This document shows positions 46,693 through 61,300 of a stretch of DNA of 64,000 nucleotides, piece after piece; within the stretch, counting starts at the first letter, position 1, and every line of letters begins with the position of its first letter. The position numbers and the translations under genes were made by a program. The stretch covers positions 5,332,001 through 5,396,000 of the forward strand of contig JBHGNT010000016.1 in assembly GCA_043228905.1 (NCBI GenBank). The letters are read 5' to 3'. The notes below the pieces were generated by a model that saw nothing but the letters and a program-made list of their open reading frames with translations, was not told the DNA's origin and did no database searches. This DNA comes from Azolla caroliniana. Its lineage: Eukaryota; Plantae; Polypodiophyta.

Positions 46693-47433
46693 TGCTAATA
46701 TGAGCATTTTTCTAAATCATACTAAAGGCTTGAAGACTTTTTATTCAGAAGTGTAATTTCCTTCAACTCTATCAGTTTTATGAGGAAGTAAACATTTCTT
46801 GGGATAATTCAAATTGAGACACCTCGGCAAACCAATCCTATTTTCATAATGACTCATGCGTCCTACTGAAGTTTTCTTAAGTTGCATCAAGAAGGCATCT
46901 CTTATCTTCATGTGCCAAATGTGTTGTAGAACTACACAAAATTTTCTAAGTTAAATGGATGTTTTCATCTTCATAATATACAAATCTTAAGACAATACAC
47001 ATCCTTCCAAAAAAAAGCGCGCGCTAAGTATTGTAAAGATTATTATAATTTGGATATATGCAAGTGTTGGCAACATATGATCTACCAACAAGGGGAACAA
47101 GCAAGATACTTGAACAAAAGTGTTTAGATTTAGAAATGCTTCTCAAGGGATATCCATGAGTGCATGTGCAATGTTGTGCTAGACCCAAAAAACCTTGAAC
47201 CAAGGAAGAGGAGTTTGGTGACGTTGCCAATTAAGGTTTGCAAGAGTCTACACATATGTTGGAACTTGGCACATGCTCAAGCTTTTTAGGATCCCTTTTG
47301 TTCAGTTCGTACATGTCCACTTGCAAACATGCTTTCTATATGTGTGGCTTTTCTTTACATTGTATATGCGCAAGAGACTATATGTAAATGTATAAATAAA
47401 TTTGAGTTTGTTAAGCCCTTATAAGGTGTGTTT

Positions 47434-47436
<3 letters not shown>

Positions 47437-47476
<40 letters not shown>
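47437..47476. repeat. (GT)n microsatellite
   Basis: Directly visible. Confidence 0.95.
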
Positions 47477-47479
<3 letters not shown>

Positions 47480-47495
47480 ATGTAAATAATATATG

Positions 47496-49169
47496 TGCTT
47501 ATCCATTTGGATGGAATGCAACAGGCAAAGGAAAGGTGGAATGGGTTCTGCAAAAAGTGAGACAAAAGCTAACCTATTGGAAGATTGCAATATGGCCGCT
47601 CCACGTCAGATTGAGGATAGTGCAATCTATATTCATTGCTTACATGCAATATTACTTAATTATGATTGATTGGCCGAAACACATGATACAAAAGATTAAT
47701 TCAGAAATCATAAGCAACTTTTGGTGCTCTACGCAGTCACGTAGAGGTATACAACTCTTATCACTAGAGAAGATATGCACTCCATGATGATGTGGAGGGC
47801 TAAATATTCTTAATTTGCAGTTGCATATGTTGGCTAGAAAAGCTACTTTACTGCCAAAATTTGCTAAACAAACATTGCTTGGGGCTAGAATGCTATCAGA
47901 TATGTTTGCTAATTTGAAAACCAAGATATTTGGCTCATGGGATACTAACAATTAGGATGTAGTGTTTGGAAAGCTTGACGAGCACATTAAAGGCTATCCA
48001 TTTAGCTCAATGCTTCTAAAGCACTGGAAGGAAGTATTGCACCACATTAAAAGGAGAGGCAAGAATTTAGAATTAGGGAACTCATTACGCCTCGAAAGCT
48101 TACATTGGAGTGCTATATTACCACGGTCATTAGCTAAACAAGAGCCTAAAAAAGCTTATTTTTTAGCAAAGAAGGGGTTGAAATAAATTGCAGATGTGGT
48201 AAATGACCAAGGTCACTTATTAGGCTTCAATGACATGACATGTCGTTATAGTCTTGGGTCACATCATCACATTATCTAGAATCAAGTCACAAAGTTGGTA
48301 CTTTCTTTAGTACTTGTGCCACCTCTAGATGGAGATCATAGGATTCAGGACTGGATGTTACAAAAAGGAAACATTGTTATTACAATGAATAAGATTACAA
48401 CACATTCAATGTATATGTTGTTGCAACCTAACCCGTGGTATCATGAACATGCAAATGCATTGTGGCTCATACACAAAACATAATTCTGGTAGAAAAACCG
48501 GCTAACAAGCTTATGGAGCTCTGGTCTTCCAATAAAGCAACGGGTATTCCTATGTTGTTGCAACCTTACCCGTGGTTTCACGAACATGCAAATGCATTGT
48601 GGCACATACACAAAACACATACCTGGTGGAAAAACTGGCTTACAAGCTTATAGAGCTCTGGTCTTCCACTTAAGCAATGGGTATTCCTATGGAGATGCCT
48701 CTTGGGTGTGCTCTTGACTGTGTCAAAGCTTCAAAAGAGATCGATAGTCTCGCCACATTGTGCAAGATGTGGTGGACGATGGGAAATTGTCCCACACTTA
48801 TTATGGACTTGCTCATTCGCTACAACATTTGTACAAAGATTAAGTGGATCTCTTTCTCACAAATTTCCTGGCCGAAGGTTTGGGAAACAACTTTGGCTAT
48901 TTGGACAAATTCTCTGCACCTTGGACCATTTGGATGGCCCACAATACTAAGGTATTTGATTGCAACCAACTGCATGAAGTTAGCTTCTTTAAGCAATCCC
49001 TCTGGCAATATTTATTTGATTGTCTGCAACTTAGAGACATCACACTACAAATGTACACTCTTTACTTTGTGTGCTTTTAAGCTCTTTCGTGTCTAATCGA
49101 CACTTGTATATTTCTCTTTATTCTTTTTGGGTTTTCACCTCAATTTGAGGTTTCCCACTAGTAAAAAAA
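47496..49169 (+). mobile_element. 5'-truncated degenerate L1-type LINE (LINE-E)
   Basis: TSD GTAAATAATATATG at 47482-47495 and 49170-49183; A-run at 49163-49169. ORF2 remnants (QKVRQKLTYWK, GGLNILNL, CARCGGRWEIVPHLLW). Internal 137-bp tandem duplication starting at 48414 and 48551. Confidence 0.85.
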
Positions 49170-49252
49170 GTAAATAATATATGGGGGCGTGCAAATATAT
49201 TATTGTATGTATGTGTAGAATGTGTTTTGATTTTGTGTGTTCGCAAAGCCTA

Positions 49253-50588
49253 TAGTTATGGGGTAGGTTCGGTTCGGTTCAATTTCTTGGCCTTGAAACC
49301 AAGCCATTTACCCATGACAAAAATCAAACCAAAGCACTTCAAAACTACCAAGCCATTTGAACCAAACCATTCAAGTCAAATTAATTAAATAATTAAACAA
49401 ACATTTAGGTTAAATTAACTTAAATCATCAGACAAAAAAATACGTCACTTAAACTATTCAACAATAGGAAAATAAAAAAGGCTTTGACTTGAGGTGCAAC
49501 TTGTCGTCACCAAGCTATAAGGGATGTAACAACTATTGAATTGGCGCAATAACTACCTTGATGTGGCAATGAGCTCGTTGCATGCTCTCCCTCCTTCACC
49601 ACTTTGTATCTTGGCAACCAAACTAGGCCTAATTTGGCCTTAGCTAGGGCAGATTTAGGATTAGCTCTAAGGTCAATTTAAGGACATCCTAGGTATAGTT
49701 TAGGATTCAACCTTGTGTTGTACTTGAATTTGTGCCTTTAGGTAGAATATGTCTTCACAGTTTTACCTCCCTATTGGTGATGGGAAATCAAAAACACTTT
49801 TGAAACTCGGCTTTTACTCAAAAGTTTCGTGTTAAATCATCAACACTCAAAAGCACAGAATCAATTTCCATCTCCAACCAAATACCCAATTAGTACCCCA
49901 AAACTTCTTGGTGGAGGGAAAATGAATTCTTGTAGCTTCATCTCATGTGCAACCTGCGTTACTTTGAATGACACCAAGCAAACCTTTCACACTTCTCCAT
50001 AATACAAGCAAATTCATGGAGGTTGATTACATTAAATCGCTATGGTAGTTATAAAATCCTCATATGACAAAATGAATCCAAATTTGCAAAAACTTTACTA
50101 TATTTGAACACTTTTGCACAAGGTTGAAAAAGATTGGAGCAAGAAGGATTTTGGGGGAATGAATATCTTTCATGTTTGGCATGGTGAGTGTACAATCAAC
50201 GACAATATCACCATTGTCATTATAGGCCTCCCATGTACAGTCATGATTTTCTACCCCATTATTTGCTTGTCTACAATGCTTAGACTTACAATGAGCTCTC
50301 TTGCTTATTACATAGTTTCTTCGAGCTCTCGTGTCATATAAAAATAGTAGTATCTCTTTTTAATGTGCACCATTGGCCATTGCTTTCGTTTATAATGCAC
50401 TTGTCCTTATCCTACCATCACACTTGATTTTGGCGACATAGATGTTAATGTATTTGCATTTACTACATGTGTCTCTATTGTGACTTATGCATCATAGCTC
50501 ATCTTTTTCCTTGTCTCCTTTTATCGGGTTTGAACCCTTGATCCTATTGTTCTGGGTTTGAACCGAAACCAAACCAGGCCCATAACTA
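49253..50588. mobile_element. Non-autonomous TIR DNA transposon (hAT-like)
   Basis: Left end TAGTTATGGGGTAGGTTCGGTTCGGTTCAA; reverse complement of the right end TAGTTATGGGCCTGGTTTGGTTTCGGTTCAA. AAACC subterminal motifs present. No clean TSD seen. Confidence 0.6.
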
Positions 50589-53500
50589 ACTCTTACCATG
50601 AATATTCTTCTTTTAGCTTTCTAAAAGCAATGATCACTTCAACTAGAATCAAACATGACATTCCCATGCTTTTCTCCCTTTGCACATGCCACATCACGAC
50701 AATGTCCTTCATCTAATGTGCTCAGCAAACATTGTGTAGCGTTAGAAAGAAAGAAATGGTTCATTCTTGAGATGTAGATAAATGTTCTATAATTGTAAGT
50801 TATTTCATATGTCAATGTTGATTCATTAGTTTCGTAAATGTTTAAAGAAAAGGCTTAGCATGAAATGATCTATAAGAAAAAACAATAATGATATTTTTCA
50901 CATGCACATGTAGTTGCAACAAAAAAAGTGTGAAAGTGTTGCCTTGATGATTTTGAATCATGAGCATAACATTGTCATTACATGTGTAATTCTTATTAGT
51001 AGGCGTATTTGCAATACTCGTGACTAAGAGCCAATTACGGAAAAGAGGTAAATGGAGTTGATTGCAAGGATGAATGGTATTAATGATAAGTGGACAAGTA
51101 ATTGCCACTTGATCAATTGTGAATTAATCATGTATGATTGTGAACATTTATGTGAGGACCACAAGTTACATCCATAACCAATCACACTCTTATGAAAAAG
51201 TGAAACGACAATCATTTGTACATTGTGATATTTTGGTAAATTTTGTTCTTTAAAGGAATAGAGATGACACATGGATCAATTCTAATTGTGAACATTTATG
51301 TTCAATATCGAAGGAGGTAAAGGTGATTGAGGAATTGCAATCATGACTGTGACAAACGAACGGGAAGACATTAAGACATTATCATGGTCAAAGAATTTAT
51401 GAATTATGTAGTAGTGATATTGTTGGCAACGGTAACAAAAGCTCTCATTACAATAACAATGAAATTGTAGAGTTGGGACCACTTATTTGGGTTGCCCTGT
51501 TTTAACTCGTCATTTTTGGCAACATCGAAAGAATTCTTATGACCTCGCTAGTGGACGCCAATACGGCGGTATTGTATGATAGCCATGTTACAAACAGAAT
51601 ACGTGGGGACCACATATTAATTGATTAACAATTTGCACATATGCTTTATTGGAAAGTGGAAGGATATCCATTGTAAATTATGATTCGTTTAGGATAACAA
51701 TTGGTTTTCATGAGGATAACACCACATTGATGAATCTATGGTGAATGATGTGCATACGTTGTGCCAAGTTGAGGAATGAGTGTATACTAGAGAGGACAAT
51801 GTGATACATAACTTTTATGTGGGTGACTACGATAGAGATTCATAGTTTCAATATGTATTGGGATTTACAATAGCAAAGAAAAAAGGAAACAACTTGATAA
51901 ACTCACTTTTCGTATATTTGAACAATCAACATGTAGGGATAGTCTTTGGTGTTTTTTGTGAGTGAGAACCACATGTGATGGTTTTAATTTTTTCATATTT
52001 AAGTGATCGATTGTACGCAATAAATAACCAGGCAAAGTGTAACAAAGCTCCATGATGATAGAATGTGTACACTAAAAGAGCCAAAAATATTACATGCACT
52101 TACTTGAGGCCTCAATGAATGAACACGTTAATAAACACTTTTGCCATAATCTTTGAGATTTGTTTTTCTTTTAGTGACGAGATTAATAAGTTTCAATAAC
52201 TTTAACAAAATGATGTAGCATAAACACAATAAACAAATCAATGAACCGCGTAAGTGATACTTAACAAACTAATGCAAGACCCTTTGGTAAGATTGGCTTG
52301 TTGGAACATTGCGTCATGAATGCAATAAGTTTGGGGGTTCTTATGTGACATAGGTGGATGAGATGGTGAATTAGTTTGATGTGCCTAGGGTTTTGATATA
52401 TTTGACCCCTAGAAAAGAATGAGTAGATTCGATGTAACTAGCAAAGAAAGAAACCATGTGAATACAACAAAATGCATGTCCCACATATTCTCTTTTGAAA
52501 ACTTTTGAGAAGATGAATTTTTTCTATCACTTTTGGGTTGAACACATTCCACGTTTCAAGGACTCGATAAACATGCTTTTGGTTACTTGTGGCACCGAGG
52601 GAGAAAAGGAACAATGTAATGAATACATAAAGAAAAGACATTGAAAAGGGAGAGGTGAGGGTAGAGACTTTTGTTTGGAGAAACACATCAAGGGCCATAC
52701 TTTTAAGAATTTGGGAGTAGTTTGTGGCATAGGTAACTGAGATGGTGTGGCGTAGCAATTTGATGTGTCCAACGGGTCCTTTGACCTATAAGTAGTAAAC
52801 AACGAGTGGACTCTAATTTAACGAAACTTTAATCGAATCGGGTCCTCGTAGTCTCTTTTGACAAGGTGACATACCAAAAGGGACAATCAACTTGTCACTC
52901 ACTTGTTTCTAGTGTGATGAGATGATATTTCGGGGTATAACTCAAGACACTTCTCATTGCTTTTTGGGCATTGGATAAAAAAGCAACAAATGCAAAAGAG
53001 TCGGGGCTCTTTGAGAATCAATGTAACGTTTTGAAAATACACTCGGAGAGAGACGTGAACAATAACTAGGGGCAATTGCTTTCACACTTTTCGAGGGTTT
53101 GACTGGTCAAAGACTAAGATTTTGATCCAGGTAATAACATACAAATTAATTAAATAAAAGAGGAAACGTTTATATCATGATTCATGAACGTGCATTGGAA
53201 TCTTCTTTGGTTTCACACTTCTTCTTCTTCTTCTTGTGAATCCTATTCACATACATTATTCATTCAAGTTATTCCATTAATAATGGGTTACTCCCTCTCT
53301 CTCTCACTCACACACACACTTAATGGTTCCTTTTAATCCAATGGACTTTCTATTGATGTTTCTCTCTTAGTTCCCACTCTCATTATCACCCAAACTCGCA
53401 TTTTGTCACAAATGGACCTTCTAATTGGTCCATTTTATCACACAATGCAAGTTGTGTTGTTTTTCATTGCTTGAATTTGTTGAGTTCAGTGAAGATTGGG

Positions 53501-56500
53501 CTTATCAAGTAAGCTCTTATGTGTTTTGTTACATAATGATACGTGATTCGACATGCCATATAAACGTCGCCGAAGTATGAAAGTTGACGATATTCATGCT
53601 TCTTATGCCTTGTTGTAAAGGTAGAAAGAAAGAAATATTAACATCTTCTAAGACCAAATTTGGTCCATGAGACAATTGGTTACAATAATGGGATGTGTGC
53701 CCAATCATCAAAAATAAATAATAAATAAACATAGATAAAAGAGTTTTAGTTTTAGTTTTGGAAAGAATGGAAATTCTAGGTTGTGTTTGCTTGCACACAT
53801 TGGATCCTTGAGCTCATGTGTCTTTTGGGAAAGGGTGTGAAAAATGTCCATATTTCACTTGGACTTTGGGAGTCAAGAGTTATTGCTAATGAATACGATG
53901 ATTTTAATTATGACAATGACAACGATGAAGCCCATATCTTACAAATATAGAAAACTGAATATTTTTGTCAATTTGCACAAACTACCATATTATGACATTA
54001 AGGAATAAGTAATTCCTATGGCTATCTCCTCTTTACGAACCTCACAACTACTCTAGAACGGCATAATGCCTGGAGTTGAGTTAGGATGACCAATGCTACA
54101 TTAGACATTGACACTTGACTGTGATAGGATAAAAATAATTGGATTGGTTATTAAAGTGTCACTTTGGAAACAATTAAGCTACTACTAGTTCCTTGTGAGT
54201 GAGAAGAAGAAAAGAATAGGTGTCAGGAGGGCGTGTCTTTTCAATGTGATATCATCTTTTCTCAAAGGACTTGGGTCAAATTTTCTAGGTGGATAAGTGG
54301 ATCATTGTGGGGGCCCTTCCATACTTTGTCATGAAGGTTATATCAATGCGACACTCTCTTTTTTCCAAGGACACATTCGTATCGCATATGAAGGTCATAA
54401 CTACAAACCATATTCTGCCATCCATTCTAATGCGCACTTGCTATTCATTGCATGCCCATGTGAGATGTTGTAACTAGGGAAGATCCTTCGCCTCATTGTA
54501 CCTCGTGGGACCATTGACAAGCTCTATTTTGTGGGGTCTGGACTCTGGCCTCGAGAAGTGAGACATCTCGAGCTCATTACTCACCAAGGACCATATGGAG
54601 GTAGTCCACTTAAGTGAAATGTATACATTAAATAATATCACAATAATAACAATGAGAGCTAATAAATTGATAAATAGTTCCAATGTCACATTGAAAGGGC
54701 AAGACACATCATTTGGCAATTGAAGTACATTCAAAAAATGAATATTTGGATAACTCATATGCACATCAACCTTGAAATCTCATCGATGCACACAAATGCC
54801 AATCATCTCTTTATTTACACACATAATAGTATGCATGCACTGATTAATTACAAGAATTAATAAATAGTTCAATAATGTACTTACTGAATATTAACAAAGT
54901 TGTGGTTATGAGAACACGAAATCGTTTGTTCGATGTGAAGTACATACCTTTTGATTTTTTGTATGGACATTGACAATTCGCCAACTTGTTGATGTACAGC
55001 TTCCATCATACGTAGAAGAGGTCCATAATCTAGGTTTTTAAAGAAAAACCTACCCACTTGTAAGAGATTATGTGCATTGATATTTGCAGTTGGCTAATGA
55101 TAGCCTCACCGTAGGTGTGTAAATTAGAAGTTCACGAATAATTTCCATAGATTACTTGGCATGTTGGTGAGAACCATGTATTGTTGTATCGTCAACACAT
55201 TCTAGTGCACCATAGGAGACACATGGCTCAATTTGTCTAATGTTTAGTTGTTGGAGCCATCCTTATAAATGCCCCCCGTCAAACCTTCAAATCCTAAAAC
55301 AGATTGAAATGTTAAAATTCAGCATGTTGTTCCATGTTTCACTCACTTATTTATCTATCCATCGCACGTATTTGTAGATTTTTATTTGACTACAAAGTTG
55401 TGCTTTAAACTTATCCCACTTTGTTTTTTGTGAGTCACAATATATCATGCTATTCGCATCTTTATTTCAGCCCTAATACCATGTATTATCATTCATCTTC
55501 TTTGCTCACAACGTCAAAGTCATGTTCTATCTACATATCAATACTACTCTTTTTCATGTTTCCCCTAGGTCGACCGTCGAAGTGTGGTTTCACAATCTTA
55601 TGGAGCAAAACATGATGTCCCCCATCAAACTTGTTTTTATTACCAATGCTTTTCTTTTGCAATAAACCTCGCCCTTTTATATGTCATATTGACCCATTTT
55701 GGGCTTTATTCCTAAGTTGACGGTTCATTTCCAAGCCATTGTAAAGTAGAACTACAATGATCCACTTTGCCATACTTAGGAGCTACCCTCATTAAGATGT
55801 GGCCATTTTATGGAGCCTTATTTATGAATGCCCTTACATAACTTTAGATTTTATTTTGTGGTAGTCTAATATCACAAAACTTATGCCACTTGTCGACACA
55901 TCAATGCCAACTAACTCATAAACTGTGCAACCAACCAACATCAAAGCTTGGTATTGTTTCTTTTCTTTAGCGTGACATGATTAATTTATATGCATTTTCT
56001 CCTTCGACACATAAAATATTCTATGAATGAAGCATTGTAATTTCAGCTCACTAGGGCGATTTCCAACTCGAGTACGAGATCGATAATGATAATTACACCT
56101 CCAAATAGTAACTCGTTTAAGGATTTTATGCAGCATATAAGAACCAAAACACTACATGAAGATATAATCCATGATGCTCCTTTTCTAAAGTTTGATTTCT
56201 AGCATTGATGCTTTTACTCGATGTGACACTGCGAACTCTTTTTCCAACGCTTCCTGAGCCTACCAGACTTCATCAAATAGCACAGAGATCATGTTTAGCC
56301 AATGTAACTCCATCTTATCTAAATGATCTTTGCAATGACATAGAATATCATTATTGTCTAGATGTTTCTTTATAAATTATTGTTTGGGAAAGCTACTTAT
56401 GTCTCTTGGTCTTTGTCCAATCAGTAAGCTAATGCCAACAAGAAAGCCATCAATTCCTTTATAAATGTTGTTTTTCAGATGGTTCAATCATTGGGAGTGC

Positions 56501-57885
56501 TTAACATGAATTTGGCAAGTAGATTAGATCCTTTACATAGTATATCAAATAGCTTGAAAAACATTCCAACTTGTGAATACTTTTATAAAGGATTATGAAT
56601 TATAATATACAATTGAAAAGCATATTCAATTCTATTAAGATATTGTGTTAAAGTGTCTTGTGGGAGATTTCTTGTAGTATTTTGTCTTTACCCTTTCAAA
56701 GATTAAGGAGAAAGACATTCTCCTTCTTTTCTCTTCCAATGTTTCCTTGTTCGTACATTGAAGATTAGTTTAGAACATTCCGCCACTCCACCATATCATT
56801 TGAGGGCATGCTCTTTCAAATGATATCATTCTAATATCTAGATATTTCTCTTTAAAGACTGCTTTACATTAAAGTTTCCCCTTCGTTGCCTTTGCAAATT
56901 TATTTTACTTCTCTTGATCAATACCCATGAGGAGCACCTAACTTCTTTGACAAAATTATAATGTTCTTCAAATGATGCCAATGGCCTCATCTCAAAACAA
57001 CAACAATCAAGTCAAAAGGAACCATTGTTATGTTGTTAATGCCCTCTATTACACATAGGTGATGTCGCCATCATTGGTTGTCAAATATATCGTACAATTG
57101 CTGGATATAAAAAAAGCAATATATTCGTCAACAAGTGTTGAATATGGTGAGGTTCAAGTATTTGTTTGCATGCAAACACAATGCTTAGTTATCTTATGTA
57201 TTATTTTCTTCAATTGTACCCTTATTGTAGCTATTCATATGTGTGGATTATTGAGTGATGCATCATACTTAGGCGTAATTTAATAGTGACATTACACTTA
57301 TTTTTTTAAAAGAAATATGCACATATTTTAATATGAAGAAAGTTCACCACAATGAAAGAGAAGCTTAACCATCAAAGATTGTTAGACATTTTACGAAGAG
57401 TAATGTGTTTCGCAAGAGGATTGCTATACGTACAATCACTTTGAAGCTAAACTCTACAATGCAATGTAAGACCATCATTGACTACCACATATGTTGCTAC
57501 TATAGGAGCATTGTTTCAAATAGTTAGAAAATCGAGTTTCATGTACATAAGATGGTTGTATGGAAGAAGATGCGGATCTAAGATAAAAATGGTAAAGAAA
57601 TGGACTATAACAATTTGGTCATTCACATTTGTAATAGCAAATTATTATAATGTGTTATGGTTGTCTTTCCCATAAAGTGGTTCAAGAATAAATTAGTTAA
57701 GTATTATTTTGAATAGGGCAGGAATATACCTATCGTAAACTCTATGCTATAATTGTTTTCATTATTTTTATTGAGGAAAATGTGGTGATGACCACAACAT
57801 TATCATGATTCATGACTCAATGTCTAAATTTTATACCCTGAAAAAAATGAATCATTCATTAAAAGCAACGTTCTACTTGAGAAAA

Positions 57886-58390
57886 GTGAAGTTTCATAAC
57901 ATGATCTTGTGTAAGAATGTGGACCATATGCGTTAGGCAAATCTTGGTATCATATGTTGGAACTATCGTAGAATTCAAGACTGTATATTCACATAGTTAA
58001 TCATTGTATCATTCTTTGCATTCCACTTGATGCCGTCAAGGTAATGTTTCTCCATGGGCATTCGCTATCGCCTATTTTGCATTTTTTTTTACGTGAAATC
58101 ATATCAACTTTACACGAATCATGGGCAGAAATTCTAGTTTCACAAGTCAATGAAGTTTCATAACATGATCTCGTGGAAGAAAGTGGACCACTACTCGTTA
58201 GGCAAATGATGACATCATTTGTTGGAACTATCCTAGAATTCTAGTGTGTGTATCCACATAACTAGTCATCGTGTCATTCTTTGCATTCCACTTGATGCCT
58301 TCAATGTAGTCGCATTTTTTTATTCCATGCTTATAATCGCGAAATCATATTAACTTTACACAAATTATGTGCATAAATTCTAGTTTCACC
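57886..58390. repeat. Roughly 265-bp diverged tandem duplication
   Basis: TGAAGTTTCATAACATGATCT...TTGCATTCCACTTGATGCC...AAATTCTAGTTTCAC occurs twice. Confidence 0.85.
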
Positions 58391-61300
58391 AAATGGTTAA
58401 TTGAAGTCGTAGGGATGACTATTAACTGTAAATACCATAATATGTGGGCCCCACTAATTAAAAAAGGAGGGAATTAGTATGGCTGAAGCAAAAATATGTA
58501 AGTTTAATTAATGATAAGGCACACACATCCCCATCATTGCATGTGAATACCGATACAAAGCCTTTTCGATAATTGAGTTGTAATTCTATCCAACCACAAG
58601 GAATGACTTAATATAATTTCATCGATGCTTCCAAAGCATATTTAGTTCCAATGTCATTGTATATTTCAGTATGGTGTGCTACAACCAACAATGTGATGTG
58701 AATATTGTACTAGAAATATCATCAATTATAAATTGTTTGCCTTTTTTGTGACAATCGGTCCTAGTTTCTAACTTTTTAATTCCTAGTATTCCAATGGATT
58801 GCAACATTTCATAAAAAGAAGGATGGTAGTTCCCGACATTTGTCTATACATTTTAATTAGGAATATGGTATCCACAAAAGGTCTTGGGGGGTAAGATAGT
58901 TCCATCCCATCAAACACTCCATAGGTTATCCTTGCAGGTAGATTGAAAGAAAGGGCCTTGATGAGGGCTCCATTATTGGGTTGTAAAGGACATATATGTT
59001 AGGCACAAGGGTGTTGAATGCTAGTACTAAGATATGCATCTTCTTTTGATCTCAAACTATTCACATGTTAACATATTCAGGGGTTAGGGTCTATATGACC
59101 TTAAATGCTTAGATTGACTAACCATTACAAGTTCTTTGTTTAATTGAGAATCTTCGAGATGATGTCACCCTGAGTAGAAGTGAATGGAATGGATTCTACA
59201 AGTTACTGTTGTTGAGGTAGTTGGCATGATACAAGGCAATGTGCCCATTGTCGTGTATCATGCCGAATAGCTCAAGAAGAGTCATTCATAGAGTTCATTC
59301 CCATTGACATGTATCATGTCAACTAGCTCAATAAGAATCACCCACATGTCTCCATCTCCATGACATTGCCTTGAAGGTTCTTGCTTATGATACTTGCCAA
59401 TGGGCACATGCACAAACATGAATGTTTATCTCCATATTATAAACATCAACGCCTACTTTAGGGTTATTATCTTGATTGTTGCTATAGTAATATTGATGTG
59501 GGCTTATGTCGAGAATAAATATGCTCCACATAAAGGGTAAGGATTCGTAATACAACATATCATCATAAACAAACCTAGAATCTGAGTGCTTGAGCATACA
59601 CCTATGTTCACAAGACTTGTATTAGGCCTCGATTTTTCTTGGGGATGATTATGGATGTGCAATAGAAATTCCTCTTACTTATTCAAAGTTTGGTGAATTG
59701 CCATGTGTATACCTAATGGAGGAAGTATGGATGATTATGTTTGAAACTACCATAGAAGATGAACCATCTTCACTTATGAAATCTATTTTTGGAATGTTAA
59801 GGGGAAATTAATGAAATTGACAAAAGTGTGATGAGGAATCACATTTCATTCCTATCTCTCATATGATATACCAACTTTGAAATCCAAGAGTCTAGCCAAG
59901 GTCTCAAGGTTAAAATGAGATTTCTTTGTTGTAACAACTATGTTGACATTTTGTATGTTGAAGCAAGCATATTGATCACATTTTTGAGCCTCATTCTTGG
60001 TATAACATATTTTCTCACTCCTCTCCAAGCACCATTATATTGCCTTGTTATATTATCTCAAGTGCATACTAATTACATTAACATAGTTTCTATCTTCTTG
60101 TGTGACATAGTCTAAATATTTTTAGGGTCTACAAAGCATCCAAGAGTCAATCACACTGTATTGTGTCTTAGCACAAGAAGGCATACTAGACTATATTCTT
60201 GTAGCAACATTTTCTCAATCCCTAATCACCATCCATATAAAGAACCACATGATTGCACAGTTACGTAGAGCATTATTTCATATCTAAGTGTTTGTATCAT
60301 AGTGGCAATTTCTTCATTGACATTATATACAAGACTTAATGATGCCAAGTTCAATACAACCTTAACAATGCCACTCGTATACCATCCAAGTGATAATGCA
60401 AGTTACAATATTATGAAGATTCTATGCAGTTGCCAGATTTGAAAGCAATATCCACATTATATATCTATGTACAACTACTTAAATCTAAATGGCTTCCTCA
60501 AGGACCAAAAGTGATCCGTTGATGTGCTTTTGCAATGGTCCAATAGCTTGATTATTCAAAGATCCAATGTGCTATTGGAACTTCACTTTTCAAAAGTCCG
60601 AGGCTACACAAAACTTATAGTATTACGAACTACAAAAAGTGATTATCCTAATTCCAAGATATGTAGTAGGATAGCTTGTGACATCATGTTAGTTTACCTT
60701 CATTTCAATTTTCTATAAATATAATTATGGACATATATCAATGGAGAAACTCGACTTACGAGATATCAAATTTGTATACCAAAAAATGTACCATGTTGAT
60801 AATTTGAAGGCATATGACCTCTCTAACATCCCTTCAATTTTTGGACATATATGACAAATCTTTAACACTTTCATTCTCGTCATAACATCCTTTTCTTTCT
60901 AGGAAATTCTACATATTTATCCTCTTGCATCATCAAATTGAGTATGTGCGCAAAAGACAAGGTAGAAAATTGCACCATATACAACCAACACATGAAGAAT
61001 CCAACACTTACATCTTATCATGGAAAATAGGCATATGCGGAGCATTTCTAAATCTAAGACTACAACTAACTAAAAAGTATTAGCCTAAGGCATGACATTT
61101 GCTAGGTTTGATAGGCATAAGCACTCACATGCATTGTTGGCTCTTACAAGATAAGATAATGACACCATCATACATTTGATGCCTTAACTACATATCTCAT
61201 TTAAAAGAGTTTGGACAAATGTAAATTGCACATGTCTCTAATTTTATGTGGGTTCCACAACAAACATTTATATAGACCAACATGTTTGATCATCATTGAG